Below, in pieces: positions 44,602 through 54,018 of a stretch of DNA of 64,000 nucleotides. The position numbers and the translations under genes were made by a program. Origin of the DNA: a candidate division FCPU426 bacterium (GTDB lineage Bacteria; Oederibacteriota; Muellerivitia; Muellerivitales; Muellerivitaceae). The notes beneath the pieces were generated by a model, which was not told the origin of the DNA, did no database searches, and was given only the letters and a program-made list of their open reading frames with translations. The stretch is taken from the NCBI GenBank assembly GCA_963796105.1, contig CAWCKJ010000003.1, positions 32,001 to 96,000 on the forward strand, read 5' to 3'. Each line of letters begins with the position of its first letter. The stretch's first letter is position 1.

Positions 44602-47112
44602 ATGGCACCCCTTTTTGGCTGGTGGTTGACCGTGGAAATTTTGGGTCTGTTGGCCCTGCCCTTGACCTTGGTGCTTTTGAAACAACTTCCCGACAAGGGC
44701 TATATCTTCAGCAAAGTAATGGCCCTGTTGGTCGTGGGTTATTTTTCCTGGGTCTTTGGATACGCTACTTTCGGCGTCTCCACGATCATCCTGGCGGTTC
44801 TGGTTTTGGCGGCCGCCTCCGCTTATCTTTTGAAGGATTCCTGGATTTCCTTCAAGGAATACTGGACTCGAAACCTGGGCTTCATCCTGGTGGTGGAATG
44901 CTTTTTTCTCGTGGCCTTCCTAGTGGCGGGCGCCTATAAAATGCGCACGCCGGATATTGTCGGAACGGAAAAACCCATGGATTTCGCCATGATCAATGGA
45001 ATCCTCGCTTCTCCCTCCATGCCTCCCCAAGATCCGTGGCTTTCAGGCGGAAGCATCTCTTATTACTATTTCGGCTATTTCATCGTCGCGATCCTGAGCA
45101 AGATGACCGGCGTCGAGTCGGGGGTCGCCTATAACCTCGCCGTGGCCCTGACCTGGGCCTTGGCCGCAGTCTGCGTCTTTTCCATCGCTTTCGCCATGAC
45201 GCGCCGCTACCGCTACTCGCTTTTTTCGGCGGCCAGCGCCGTCATCTTCGGGAACTTGGACTATTGGCACCGCGCCATCCAAAGTTTCCGGATCGGGGAT
45301 TTGAGGATTCCTTATTACAATTTTCCGGCCAATCCTAACGCTCCCGCCGGCTTATCCGGTTTTTTCAATTTCCTTTTCAGCCCCCTTGCCAATTATTGGG
45401 ACTATTTCCAGGCGTCCCGGATTGTTCCAGTTCCGCCCACGGACAAAATGATCAACGAGTTTCCCTCGTTCAGCTTTTTCTTGTCGGATCTTCATCCCCA
45501 TGTTATGGCCATTCCTTTCGTGCTCCTGGCGGTGGCGGTCATCCTGAACCTCCTGAAATCCCCCTACCCGGGATTAGGCGTTTTTTCAAACAGGCGTTCC
45601 TGGCAGGTGATCCAATGGGTTCTGTTCATGATTCTCTTTGGGGCACTTTCCTTCCTGAATAGCTGGGATTTTCCAACCTTCCTGCTTCTGCTGGGAGTCA
45701 GTCTTGCCCTGCAACAATGGTGGGCAAATGGGAAGGACTTCGCGAGCTGGCTCAAATCCACCGCCCTTGTGGGCATTCCCATCGTGATCGGATCTTTCCT
45801 GCTCTACGTGTTTTTTTATTTTAGGTTCCAATCCCAGGCCAAAGGTTTGGGTTTCGTGGGGGATCGGACGGATCTATATTACATCGGAGTGATGTTCGGG
45901 CTTTTTCTTGCCATCCTGGCGCCGGCTTTGATTGGAAAAGCGATCCGAACCAACAATGAAAAGGGCTCAAAAGCGAAGGGCAAGCGCTCCGAGGATTGTA
46001 AATGCGTTTACTGCGGCCGGGACAATTCGAACAAGAATTTCTGCGGTTTTTGCGGGGGCGAGTTGGCCCCTGCCGGCATGGTGGAAATCACGCCCCTTCC
46101 GCATGATAAAGCCAGGCAATTCCTCTCGGGGTTGAAGAGGTTTGTCTATTCCGACTCAAAACCCCTGAAAGGCTGGATCGCCCTCGGGATTGGGATCGTC
46201 GCTTTAATCCTGCTGAATTTGGGGTTCCTGAAGCTTTCCACCATTCTTTTCATGCTCCTCCTGATTCTTTTCGCGGTCCTCTCCCTTTCCGGCAAGGAAG
46301 AAAGCCACGAAGGGATTTTCGCGACCCTTTTGGCCATCCTGGCTTTTGGTTTGGTGCTGGGATGCGAGGTCTTGTACATCAAGGACCATTTCGACGGAAG
46401 CGCCCTTTACCGCATGAACACGGTCTTCAAGTTCCATTACCAGGCCTGGCTGTTATTCAGCATTTCCTCGGGATATTTCCTTAAGTGGATCATGGAAAAC
46501 CAGTTTAACCAGTGGGCTGTTTGGAAAAAAAGCCTTTGGATCGCAGTGACCGGCATCGCCTTTTTAGGGGCGGCCCTTTATCCGGCCATGGCCTTCACCT
46601 CGCGCATGAGGGGATCCTCGATCGAGAATATCACCTTGGATGGGTCCCTCTTTTACGAGAGAACCTACGGGGTGGATTACCAGATCGCGCAATGGATCAA
46701 GTCGAACGTGAAGCCTGTTTCGGGTAAAATTCCCGTGATCCTGGAGGCTTGGGGAGGGTCCTATCAGCAGGAGTACGCCCGGCTGGCCACCGTGACGGGA
46801 TACCCCACCATCCTGGGATGGAATTTCCATGAGGCGCAATGGAGAGGCTCCTGGGACCAAGCGGTGATCCGGGGCCAAAGCTCCGACGACACGGTCCAAA
46901 AAAGGCAGGCGGACGTGGACGCGATCTATACGAGCCCGGATTTGAACCAAACCCGGGATTTATTGAAAAAGTATTCGGTGGATTATGTTTATGTGGGGGA
47001 CTTGGAACGCCAAAAGTACAAGGATCACCCCGAGAACCTTGGCAAGTTCGCGCAGTTGGGCTTGCAGGCTGTTAACATGGGCAGTTCGGTGCTGTATAAG
47101 ATCAACCCTTAA
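44602..47112 (+). CDS. DUF2298 (YYY-motif) membrane protein with inserted Zn-ribbon
   Basis: GTEKPMDF, PPQDPWLSG.SISYYYFG, INEFPSFSF.LSDLHPH, NSWDFP, RMNTVFKF, PTILGW.FHE.QWRG. Internal CVYC...FCGFCG. Confidence 0.85.
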   Translation: MAPLFGWWLTVEILGLLALPLTLVLLKQLPDKGYIFSKVMALLVVGYFSWVFGYATFGVSTIILAVLVLAAASAYLLKDSWISFKEYWTRNLGFILVVECFFLVAFLVAGAYKMRTPDIVGTEKPMDFAMINGILASPSMPPQDPWLSGGSISYYYFGYFIVAILSKMTGVESGVAYNLAVALTWALAAVCVFSIAFAMTRRYRYSLFSAASAVIFGNLDYWHRAIQSFRIGDLRIPYYNFPANPNAPAGLSGFFNFLFSPLANYWDYFQASRIVPVPPTDKMINEFPSFSFFLSDLHPHVMAIPFVLLAVAVILNLLKSPYPGLGVFSNRRSWQVIQWVLFMILFGALSFLNSWDFPTFLLLLGVSLALQQWWANGKDFASWLKSTALVGIPIVIGSFLLYVFFYFRFQSQAKGLGFVGDRTDLYYIGVMFGLFLAILAPALIGKAIRTNNEKGSKAKGKRSEDCKCVYCGRDNSNKNFCGFCGGELAPAGMVEITPLPHDKARQFLSGLKRFVYSDSKPLKGWIALGIGIVALILLNLGFLKLSTILFMLLLILFAVLSLSGKEESHEGIFATLLAILAFGLVLGCEVLYIKDHFDGSALYRMNTVFKFHYQAWLLFSISSGYFLKWIMENQFNQWAVWKKSLWIAVTGIAFLGAALYPAMAFTSRMRGSSIENITLDGSLFYERTYGVDYQIAQWIKSNVKPVSGKIPVILEAWGGSYQQEYARLATVTGYPTILGWNFHEAQWRGSWDQAVIRGQSSDDTVQKRQADVDAIYTSPDLNQTRDLLKKYSVDYVYVGDLERQKYKDHPENLGKFAQLGLQAVNMGSSVLYKINP

Positions 47113-47145
47113 ACGGGACAACATTTTACTTTAGGGAGGACGAGG

Positions 47146-48174
47146 ATGCTGAAAATCGGCGAGAGGGAATTGACGACGAAAGACTTGATCCTGGCGGGAG
47201 TCCTGGCGCTGGTCGCGGCCGCGGCCATCTGGGCCATGATGGGCTCCAAACCCAAGCCCATTATCGGGCAGGCGCCTCCTCCGGCGAGGGCCGGTTTGGT
47301 GCTGATGGAAGGAGGCCAGCCCGGCGCGGGACCGGGGCAGTTTAATTATCCCCGGGGTATCGCCGTCAACAGCAAGGGCGAGATGTTCGTGGCCGACAGC
47401 CGCAACCACCGCATCCAGAAGTTCAGCCCCGCGAAATGGCAGTTCGTGAAGGAATTCGGCTCCTTCGCCAACGTGGGCGGGGGCGACCCGAAGAAGCTGG
47501 CCAACATGTCCCCTGGAAAGTTGAACGAGCCCAACGGCTTGTGCATTGGACCGGACGACAATGTTTATGTCATCGACACCTGGAACAGCCGTGTCCAGAT
47601 TTTCTCTTCCAACGGCGGATTGAAGAAGGTTTTCGCCAGCGAGGACGGTTTCTTCGGCCCAAGGGAAATCGTGGCCGACCCAAAGGGATTCGTATTCGTG
47701 GCGGATACCGGACGGCACCGCATAGTGAAGTTCGACCCCAAGGGTCTTCAGGTGAGGGCTTTTGGGATCAAGGGGGACAAGCCGGGCCAGTTCAACGAGC
47801 CGATTGGTTTGGCCTTGGACCAGGCGGGAAACCTTTACGTGGCGGACCGCTTGAATTTCCGTATCCAGGTATTCAACTCGGAGGGCCAGTACCTGCGGGA
47901 ATGGCACGTGGACGGATGGGCCCAGGAGCAGGTGGATATGGAGCCCCATTTGGCCATGGATTCCGCCAAAGGACTGCTTTATGTGACCGACGGCCGTGGC
48001 AAGAAGGTTTTCGCCTACCACGTGAACGACGGTTCGCTGGCCGCGACCCTGGAAAAAGACTCGAACGGGGGCAATTTGTTCAGCACCCCGATCGGCGTGG
48101 CGGTTGACAAGGACGGGAACGTCTATGTGACCGACGCTTCCACGGCCAGGATTTATAAACTCAAGGGACAATAA
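47146..48174 (+). CDS. Membrane-anchored NHL-repeat beta-propeller protein
   Basis: N-terminal TM helix and repeats of GQFNxPxG...YVAD..NHRIQxF. Confidence 0.9.
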   Translation: MLKIGERELTTKDLILAGVLALVAAAAIWAMMGSKPKPIIGQAPPPARAGLVLMEGGQPGAGPGQFNYPRGIAVNSKGEMFVADSRNHRIQKFSPAKWQFVKEFGSFANVGGGDPKKLANMSPGKLNEPNGLCIGPDDNVYVIDTWNSRVQIFSSNGGLKKVFASEDGFFGPREIVADPKGFVFVADTGRHRIVKFDPKGLQVRAFGIKGDKPGQFNEPIGLALDQAGNLYVADRLNFRIQVFNSEGQYLREWHVDGWAQEQVDMEPHLAMDSAKGLLYVTDGRGKKVFAYHVNDGSLAATLEKDSNGGNLFSTPIGVAVDKDGNVYVTDASTARIYKLKGQ

Positions 48175-48213
48175 TCCCGAACCTAAAACGGTTAAGGAAA
48201 GAGAGCTCGAAAA

Positions 48214-49236
48214 ATGGCGATCAAGAGATCTGCGGGGAAACGCAATAAGAGGAAAAAGGGCGGGAGAAAACGCAAGAGCTTTGGGAAGGGCGCCAAGCTT
48301 TTCTTCGCCGTCCTGGGCATTACGGTTTTGGTCTGCCTGCTTTACGGTTCCCTGCAGAAGATCACCCAGCAGCTGGTCATGGCCAAGACCATGGACGTCC
48401 GTGTGGATTTGGAAAGCGACGGGAACGGCACTAAAACCGGGCCCTTCAAGGAGCCCTGGGGTGTGGCCTCCGATGATGCCGGGAATTTTTACGTCTCGGA
48501 GTTCAGCGGCCACAGGGTCCGCAAGTTCGACTCCTCCGGCAATGAGCTCTTTTCCTTCGGCGAGATGGGTAAGGACAAGGGCCAGTTCAACCAGCCGAGC
48601 GGCATATACGTGAATAAGCAGGGAATGATTTTCGTCTGCGATACCTTCAACCACCGCATTCAAAAGTTCGACGCGGAGGGAAATTTCCTCAAGGAATGGA
48701 GCCGTAGTTTCAACGGCCCAAGGGGAATTTCCGGCGATGGAAGCCGGGTCTTCGTGGTGGACACGGGAAACCACAAGGTCCAGGTTTTCGACGAGGAGGG
48801 GAATTTTATCAAGGAGTGGGGAAACTACGGGAAGGAAAACGGCAATTTCCGGGAGCCGGAAGGCTGCGTGGTGGACCCCGCCGGGTTTCTTTACGTGGTG
48901 GATTCGGACAACACCCGGATCCAGAAATTCAACCTGGATGGGAAATTCATGGCGGCATTCAAGGTGAGTACATGGAAGGGCAAGAACGACGAGATGCCTT
49001 ACCTGGCCTTGGGGCCTGGCTGTCTTTACACCACGAACGCGAGCCAGCAATGGGTCCTGAAATTGGCGAACACCGGCGGAAGCCTTGAGGCCATCTACAA
49101 GCGCCCCGGAAAAGGCCAGGGATTTCCCGGAGCGGCCGGCATCGCCGCCGACAACCAGGGAAGGTTGATCGTGGCTGAAAGGGGCCAAAACAGGGTTGTG
49201 AGGCTCATCCCGTCCTCCGCCTCGGCCAGCCGTTAA
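48214..49236 (+). CDS. Membrane-anchored NHL-repeat beta-propeller protein
   Basis: Basic N-tail and TM helix, then repeats such as GQFNQPSGI..FVCDTFNHRIQKFD. Confidence 0.9.
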   Translation: MAIKRSAGKRNKRKKGGRKRKSFGKGAKLFFAVLGITVLVCLLYGSLQKITQQLVMAKTMDVRVDLESDGNGTKTGPFKEPWGVASDDAGNFYVSEFSGHRVRKFDSSGNELFSFGEMGKDKGQFNQPSGIYVNKQGMIFVCDTFNHRIQKFDAEGNFLKEWSRSFNGPRGISGDGSRVFVVDTGNHKVQVFDEEGNFIKEWGNYGKENGNFREPEGCVVDPAGFLYVVDSDNTRIQKFNLDGKFMAAFKVSTWKGKNDEMPYLALGPGCLYTTNASQQWVLKLANTGGSLEAIYKRPGKGQGFPGAAGIAADNQGRLIVAERGQNRVVRLIPSSASASR

Positions 49237-49271
49237 GAAACGCCTGGGCCTGAAAACCGGCGGGGGAGACC

Positions 49272-50000
49272 ATGAAAAAACGGAAGAACCAGACCCTGAT
49301 CGTGGTTCCGACCTACAACGAAAAAGGGAACATCGAGGCCGTTTACCGGAAGATTTTCCTGGCCACCAAGGCCTGCGATCTCCTTTTCGTGGACGATAAT
49401 TCCCCGGACGGTACGGGAAAAATCGCCGATTCCATTTCCCGCAAGAACCCCCGGGTGCGTGTCCTGCACCGATTGAAGAAGATGGGCCTGGGTTCCGCCT
49501 ATATCCACGGCATGGAAAAAGCCGTCGAGTGGGATTACCAATTCGTGATCGCCATGGACGCGGACTTGTCTCACGACCCCTCCAATATCCCAACCATGCT
49601 GGAGATGGTAAAGGTCAACGATCTCATCATCGGTTCCCGTTACGTGAAGGACGGGGGAATGGTGAATTGGGGGATGGGGAGGTTCTTTATCAGCAGGTCG
49701 GCCAACCAGTTCGCCCGGAGCCTCCTGGGGATTCCTTTTCATGACTGCTCAGGAGGTTACAAGTGCTATCGGGTCGAGCTTCTCAGGAAAATCGGGCTCC
49801 AAAACATTTTTTCATTCGGTTACTCGTTCCAAGTGGAGATTCTCTTCCGGGCGATCAGGGCTGGGGCCAGGGTGATGGAGTTCCCGATAGTGTTCGTCAA
49901 CCGCCACCAGGGTGCGAGCAAGCTCAATTCCAGCGAGATGATTCAATACGTCACCACGGTTCTAAGGCTCAGGTGGCTGGCCTGGATTGGAAAGGTTTGA
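49272..50000 (+). CDS. Polyprenol-monophosphomannose synthase (Ppm1/DPM1-like GT2)
   Basis: VPTYNE..NI, VDDNSPDGTG, HR..K.GLGSAY, MDADLSHDP, GSRY, GYSFQVE, EFPI.F.NR..G.SK. Confidence 0.9.
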   Translation: MKKRKNQTLIVVPTYNEKGNIEAVYRKIFLATKACDLLFVDDNSPDGTGKIADSISRKNPRVRVLHRLKKMGLGSAYIHGMEKAVEWDYQFVIAMDADLSHDPSNIPTMLEMVKVNDLIIGSRYVKDGGMVNWGMGRFFISRSANQFARSLLGIPFHDCSGGYKCYRVELLRKIGLQNIFSFGYSFQVEILFRAIRAGARVMEFPIVFVNRHQGASKLNSSEMIQYVTTVLRLRWLAWIGKV

Positions 50001-50001
50001 G

Positions 50002-51435
50002 ATGAAATACCTTAAGTCCATGAGAATTTTGATTCTTGCCGCGGCTGTCCTAGCGGGAATCGGTTCATCTTTTCCGTTAATGGCCCGGCCTCCCGTGATT
50101 CCCAAGGCCCCTCCCATGAAAATTAAGATTCCGGAATTCCACGTGAAAATCCTATCCTGCGGATTGAAGGTCATTCTTCTCAAGGATGATGATCTTCCCC
50201 TCGCATCGGCGAATCTTTATATCCCGGGAGGGAATATCATGGACCCCCCGGGCAAGGAAGGGCTGGTAGGCCTGGTTGGCGAGAGCCTTCGCAATGGGGG
50301 GGCTGGGAAACTCAGCGCTGAGGCCTTTGATGAGGCCCTGGAGGAAAAAGCCGCGACGATGGAAGCTACCGCGGATCAAGAATCTTTCACGGTGTCTTTC
50401 AAGTGCCTCTCGGGTGATCTCCCTGATGTTCTCGGCCTTTTCGCCGACATGCTTCTGAGGCCGGGATTCGATGACAAGCGCATCGGCGCGGACCGGGCTA
50501 ATCTAGTGGATTCCCTTAACCGGTTAGAGGACATCCCTGATAACCTGACCAGGGTTCTCTTCACCAAGGGGTTATTTGGTTCACACCCTTACGGAAGGTG
50601 GGGAAGTCCCAAAAGTACGAAAGGGTTGTCGAGAGAGGATATCCTGAAGTTCTACCGTGAGCATTACGGGCCGGAGGGTTCGGTGCTGGCCATTGCTGGT
50701 AAATTCAACGAGGATGAGATTTTTCAGGCCCTGGAAAAAATCTTCGCGGGTTGGAAAAAACAGCTTCCCCCTCCCGTATTCGCGGATGGCAAATCACTTG
50801 GCCCGGTCATTTACTTTTACCCCAAAGAAGTCTCTCAAGTCTTCATCCGCTATGGTGTTCCCGGCCTGAAACGCCACGACCCGAGGGATTTTCCCCTCCA
50901 AGTGGGCAATTACATTCTTGGCGGTTCGGGCTTCACCTCCCGACTCATGCGCAATATCCGGTCCAACAGGGGATTGGCGTATTTTGTGGACAGCGTGGAC
51001 GTCCCTTATAACATCCCGGGGGTTTTTGAGGTGATCGGGGGAACCAGGCCCGATTCCGTGACGGAATACCTGTCACTCATGTTCAAGGTTCTCGGTGATT
51101 ACGCCAAGGAAGGTCCCACGGCTGAGGAGCTAAGCCAAGCCAAGCAGGGAATGACGGAGGAATACGCCTATAACTTCGAGTCGTCTTTCTCGCTGGTTCC
51201 CTACAAGGCTTCGCTTGATTTTCACGGTTATCCGGATGATTACCTGGCGTCCTACCGCAACAAGATCAAGGCCGTGACGAGGGAGGAAACGGCCCAAGCC
51301 GTGGCTTCCATCCTGGAACAGAAAAATTGGGTGATGGTGGTTTGCGGCCCGGCGGAATTGGAGAAAGAGCTTGGCGAATTCGGCAAAGTCGTCAAGATCA
51401 CGGACATTTTCGCACCCTTGACTGAGAAACCATAA
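50002..51435 (+). CDS. M16 (pitrilysin-family) peptidase subunit lacking the HxxEH motif
   Basis: Signal peptide, DPPGKEGL, HPYG, ILGGSGFTSRL...IR..RGLAY. No HxxEH is seen. Confidence 0.85.
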   Translation: MKYLKSMRILILAAAVLAGIGSSFPLMARPPVIPKAPPMKIKIPEFHVKILSCGLKVILLKDDDLPLASANLYIPGGNIMDPPGKEGLVGLVGESLRNGGAGKLSAEAFDEALEEKAATMEATADQESFTVSFKCLSGDLPDVLGLFADMLLRPGFDDKRIGADRANLVDSLNRLEDIPDNLTRVLFTKGLFGSHPYGRWGSPKSTKGLSREDILKFYREHYGPEGSVLAIAGKFNEDEIFQALEKIFAGWKKQLPPPVFADGKSLGPVIYFYPKEVSQVFIRYGVPGLKRHDPRDFPLQVGNYILGGSGFTSRLMRNIRSNRGLAYFVDSVDVPYNIPGVFEVIGGTRPDSVTEYLSLMFKVLGDYAKEGPTAEELSQAKQGMTEEYAYNFESSFSLVPYKASLDFHGYPDDYLASYRNKIKAVTREETAQAVASILEQKNWVMVVCGPAELEKELGEFGKVVKITDIFAPLTEKP

Positions 51436-51564
51436 TTTTTCTTGATGTATTAAAGTTGTAAAGAGGGCGAACTTTCCTTAAAATTCTGTGCTCGAAATAG
51501 AGTATTAAGTTTTTTCTAACTTAAAATTTAGAATTCAAAATTTAAAATTTTTTTTAAGTGTTAG

Positions 51565-51639
51565 GGCCCCATCGTCTAACGGTTAGGACGGATGGTTCTC
51601 AGCCATTAAATCGGGGTTCGATTCCCCGTGGGGCTACCA
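51565..51639 (+). tRNA. tRNA-Glu (CTC)
   Basis: GGCCCCA-TCGTCTAACGGTTAGGAC-GATGG-TTCTCAG-CCATT...CGGGGTTCGATTCCCCG-TGGGGCT-ACCA. Confidence 0.95.
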
Positions 51640-52086
51640 AAACATGAACCCAGGTTCGACTGAACCTGGGTTTTTTATTTGGCCCTACGGGGTGGAAAAG
51701 TCTGAAAATGGGAGTTTTCTGGTAGTTCGATGGGGTACACAGGGGGTTCATCCCCTGTGAGCGAAGCCCCGTGGTGGTTACCAAAACATGAACCCGGGTT
51801 CGACTGAACCTGGGTTTTTTATTTGGCCCTACGGGGTGGAAAAGTCTGAAAACGGGAGTTTTCAGGTAGTTCGATGGGGTACACAGGGGGTTCATCCCCT
51901 GTGAGCAAAGCCCCGTGATGGTTACCAAAACATGAGCCCGGGTTCATTCGAACCTGGGTTTTTTAATTTGGCTCCGAGGGGGAAGTGGGAATGGTTCGGG
52001 AAACGGAAGTTTCCCGGCCTTTCAAAGGGATAGCATAGGGAATTACAACCTTTAAGAACGATGCGAGGTACTGCTTCCCGGTGCGA
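51636..52086 (+). repeat. 144-bp tandem repeats downstream of tRNA-Glu (two near-identical units plus a diverged third)
   Basis: Units start with ACCAAAACATG at 51636, 51780 and 51924. Each has a terminator hairpin (AACCCRGGTTC..GAACCTGGGTTTTTT), a two-hairpin core and a tRNA-3'-like end. Confidence 0.93.
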
Positions 52087-52098
52087 TGGATGAAACGC

Positions 52099-54018
52099 TT
52101 AATTGGGCGGCAGCCTTTCAAGGATGCGACGGGCTGAAGAGTGGCTGGGGTCTTTTTTTAAAACGCGCTCCACGCAGAGCCGAGCTTCGCTGTAACGTCC
52201 TAATAAGTAATACAGAACGCCGAGGTGGCTGTAGAGATCGTAATATTTTCCGCCCGTAAGCCGGACCGATTCCAGGAAAAACGCCTCAGCGGTTTCGTTA
52301 TGGTCATCCAGTAAGAAGAAGTTTCCAATAACGGGAAAACCGTTGGGATAAATCTGGGGTGCGTAAAAGCCTTCCAAAAAGGTATGCCAAGCCGGGGGAT
52401 CGGGTAAGCGCAACAATTCCGCGGCCCGGTTCAGGATGTCCGCCGGAATGTTGTTTTCGGCCATGAAGCGTAAAGGGTTCAGGGCCGGCACTTGAGGCGC
52501 GTATCCGTTTCTCAAGTAAATCGCGTCATTTCCATCCAGGTAAACAGGCCTCCACTGACCGCTAGTGTGGAGGTCGGATATCCACCTTGGGGTAATCGAA
52601 GGATTGAAAAGAAGTATGTCGGCGGAATATTTGTCCGCCAATGGCAAGACCCCTCCGGCGTTCAGGGACGCGATATATTCACTGAATAATTTTTCGCCCA
52701 TCACTTCCAGCCGGCCGTCAATAAATACCTTTTGGGGCCCCTTCCAGTCCAGCCAGCCCCCGGAGTTCAAGGAATTCAATATCCTTCCGTCCAGATGGTT
52801 TTGAACCAGAAAATCCGTTGCGTGAACAGGCTGCATTTCTTCGTTTATCCCCAAGCCGAAACGTTCAAACCGGCGGTCATCCACGTAATAAGCGTTCGTG
52901 ACGACTCTCAAGGATAATCCGAGAAGCAGGGCAGTAAGAATCCAGGATGACCAGGCTGATGACAAAAAAGTCTCCTGGAATTTCCGCGACCAAACCCATT
53001 CCAAGTCCTTCCAGCAGGCGGCTAACATGGGCAGGCAAGTGAGTATGAAAAGAGGAATGTTGCGGACGGCTGTTGCGGAAAGGTAAAAGAATAGGCCGGC
53101 CAGGAAAAACTCATGTATCTTCCGCCTTTTAAAGGTCGCCAGGAACAAGAATATCAAAAGAAAACTGAAAAGTTTGTAGGCCCAAAGCTGGACATCGAGC
53201 ATGGTACGGAGGCTTGAATGACTCCAGGGCGATATGAATTCAGCGATGTGCAACTGGAACAATTCCGAGTGGATTGATTCCCAAAGTTTGAAAGGGAAAA
53301 ACACCCCACGGAAGAAATAAGGGTTCACCAGATTCAAGGCCATGGCCAGGCCCGAGAAACGCAGCATTTTCAGGTCAAACTGGCGCTGATGAAAATAGCT
53401 TGAAACCAAGTAGGCGGCCATCAGGCCCCAACCCAGGATGTTGAGGCCTTCCACGTTGACCCATATCACCTGGAGAAAGGGAAGCAGGAAAAGAAGATCC
53501 TTTTTGCCCTCCGACTTTAGTTCCAAGACCCAAAGCATCCCGCCCAAAAGAATCCAACTGAGTATTTCCGGTCTTACCTGTAAACGCATTTCGCAGGCCA
53601 CAACAGATCCCGCGAATAAAAGCGCGGACATCCACAGCGATGCGCCGGTTGATCGGAGGCGCGCCCATAACAGGGCGAAGGCCGTGACTATCAGGACAAT
53701 ATTGAAAATGGAAAGAAGGGCGTAATTTCCGGCAAGGTAAAGCAGGTAAAGCACGATCTGGTACAGCCATTGACTATTAATATAATCGTGATCAGGGACC
53801 GTATAGGTATAGGTATCTGTGGACGGAAAACAATGGTTTTGCAGAATCCATTGGCCTCCCTTGAGATGGAAGCCCAGATCGGGATCGTGGATGTAGTGAG
53901 CGCTAAACAGAGCTAGTAGTAGAAAACTGGATAAAAGAGTCCAGGACCAGGGATTGAAAAGTAGAAGACGAAAAGAGGAAGACCACTCCCGGGATTGGGG
54001 TGACGTATCCGTTGGCAT
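52099..54018 (-). CDS. Multi-pass membrane protein with C-terminal TPR, GT-C-like
   Basis: DPDLGFHL..GQWI, DTYTYT, QWLYQ, RPE, WVNVEG, FIDGR, C-terminal LGVLYY..GRYSEA...L..DP. Confidence 0.65.
   Translation of the reverse strand: MPTDTSPQSREWSSSFRLLLFNPWSWTLLSSFLLLALFSAHYIHDPDLGFHLKGGQWILQNHCFPSTDTYTYTVPDHDYINSQWLYQIVLYLLYLAGNYALLSIFNIVLIVTAFALLWARLRSTGASLWMSALLFAGSVVACEMRLQVRPEILSWILLGGMLWVLELKSEGKKDLLFLLPFLQVIWVNVEGLNILGWGLMAAYLVSSYFHQRQFDLKMLRFSGLAMALNLVNPYFFRGVFFPFKLWESIHSELFQLHIAEFISPWSHSSLRTMLDVQLWAYKLFSFLLIFLFLATFKRRKIHEFFLAGLFFYLSATAVRNIPLFILTCLPMLAACWKDLEWVWSRKFQETFLSSAWSSWILTALLLGLSLRVVTNAYYVDDRRFERFGLGINEEMQPVHATDFLVQNHLDGRILNSLNSGGWLDWKGPQKVFIDGRLEVMGEKLFSEYIASLNAGGVLPLADKYSADILLFNPSITPRWISDLHTSGQWRPVYLDGNDAIYLRNGYAPQVPALNPLRFMAENNIPADILNRAAELLRLPDPPAWHTFLEGFYAPQIYPNGFPVIGNFFLLDDHNETAEAFFLESVRLTGGKYYDLYSHLGVLYYLLGRYSEARLCVERVLKKDPSHSSARRILERLPPN

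Noticed and set aside
47131..49593. 820-aa minus-strand ORF
   Set aside because: It is an antisense shadow of two clear NHL genes and the GT2 gene in GC-rich DNA, with no recognisable motifs of its own.
51599..51928. 109-aa ORF with a 48-aa repeat
   Set aside because: It is an antisense by-product of the 144-bp repeat and overlaps tRNA-Glu.
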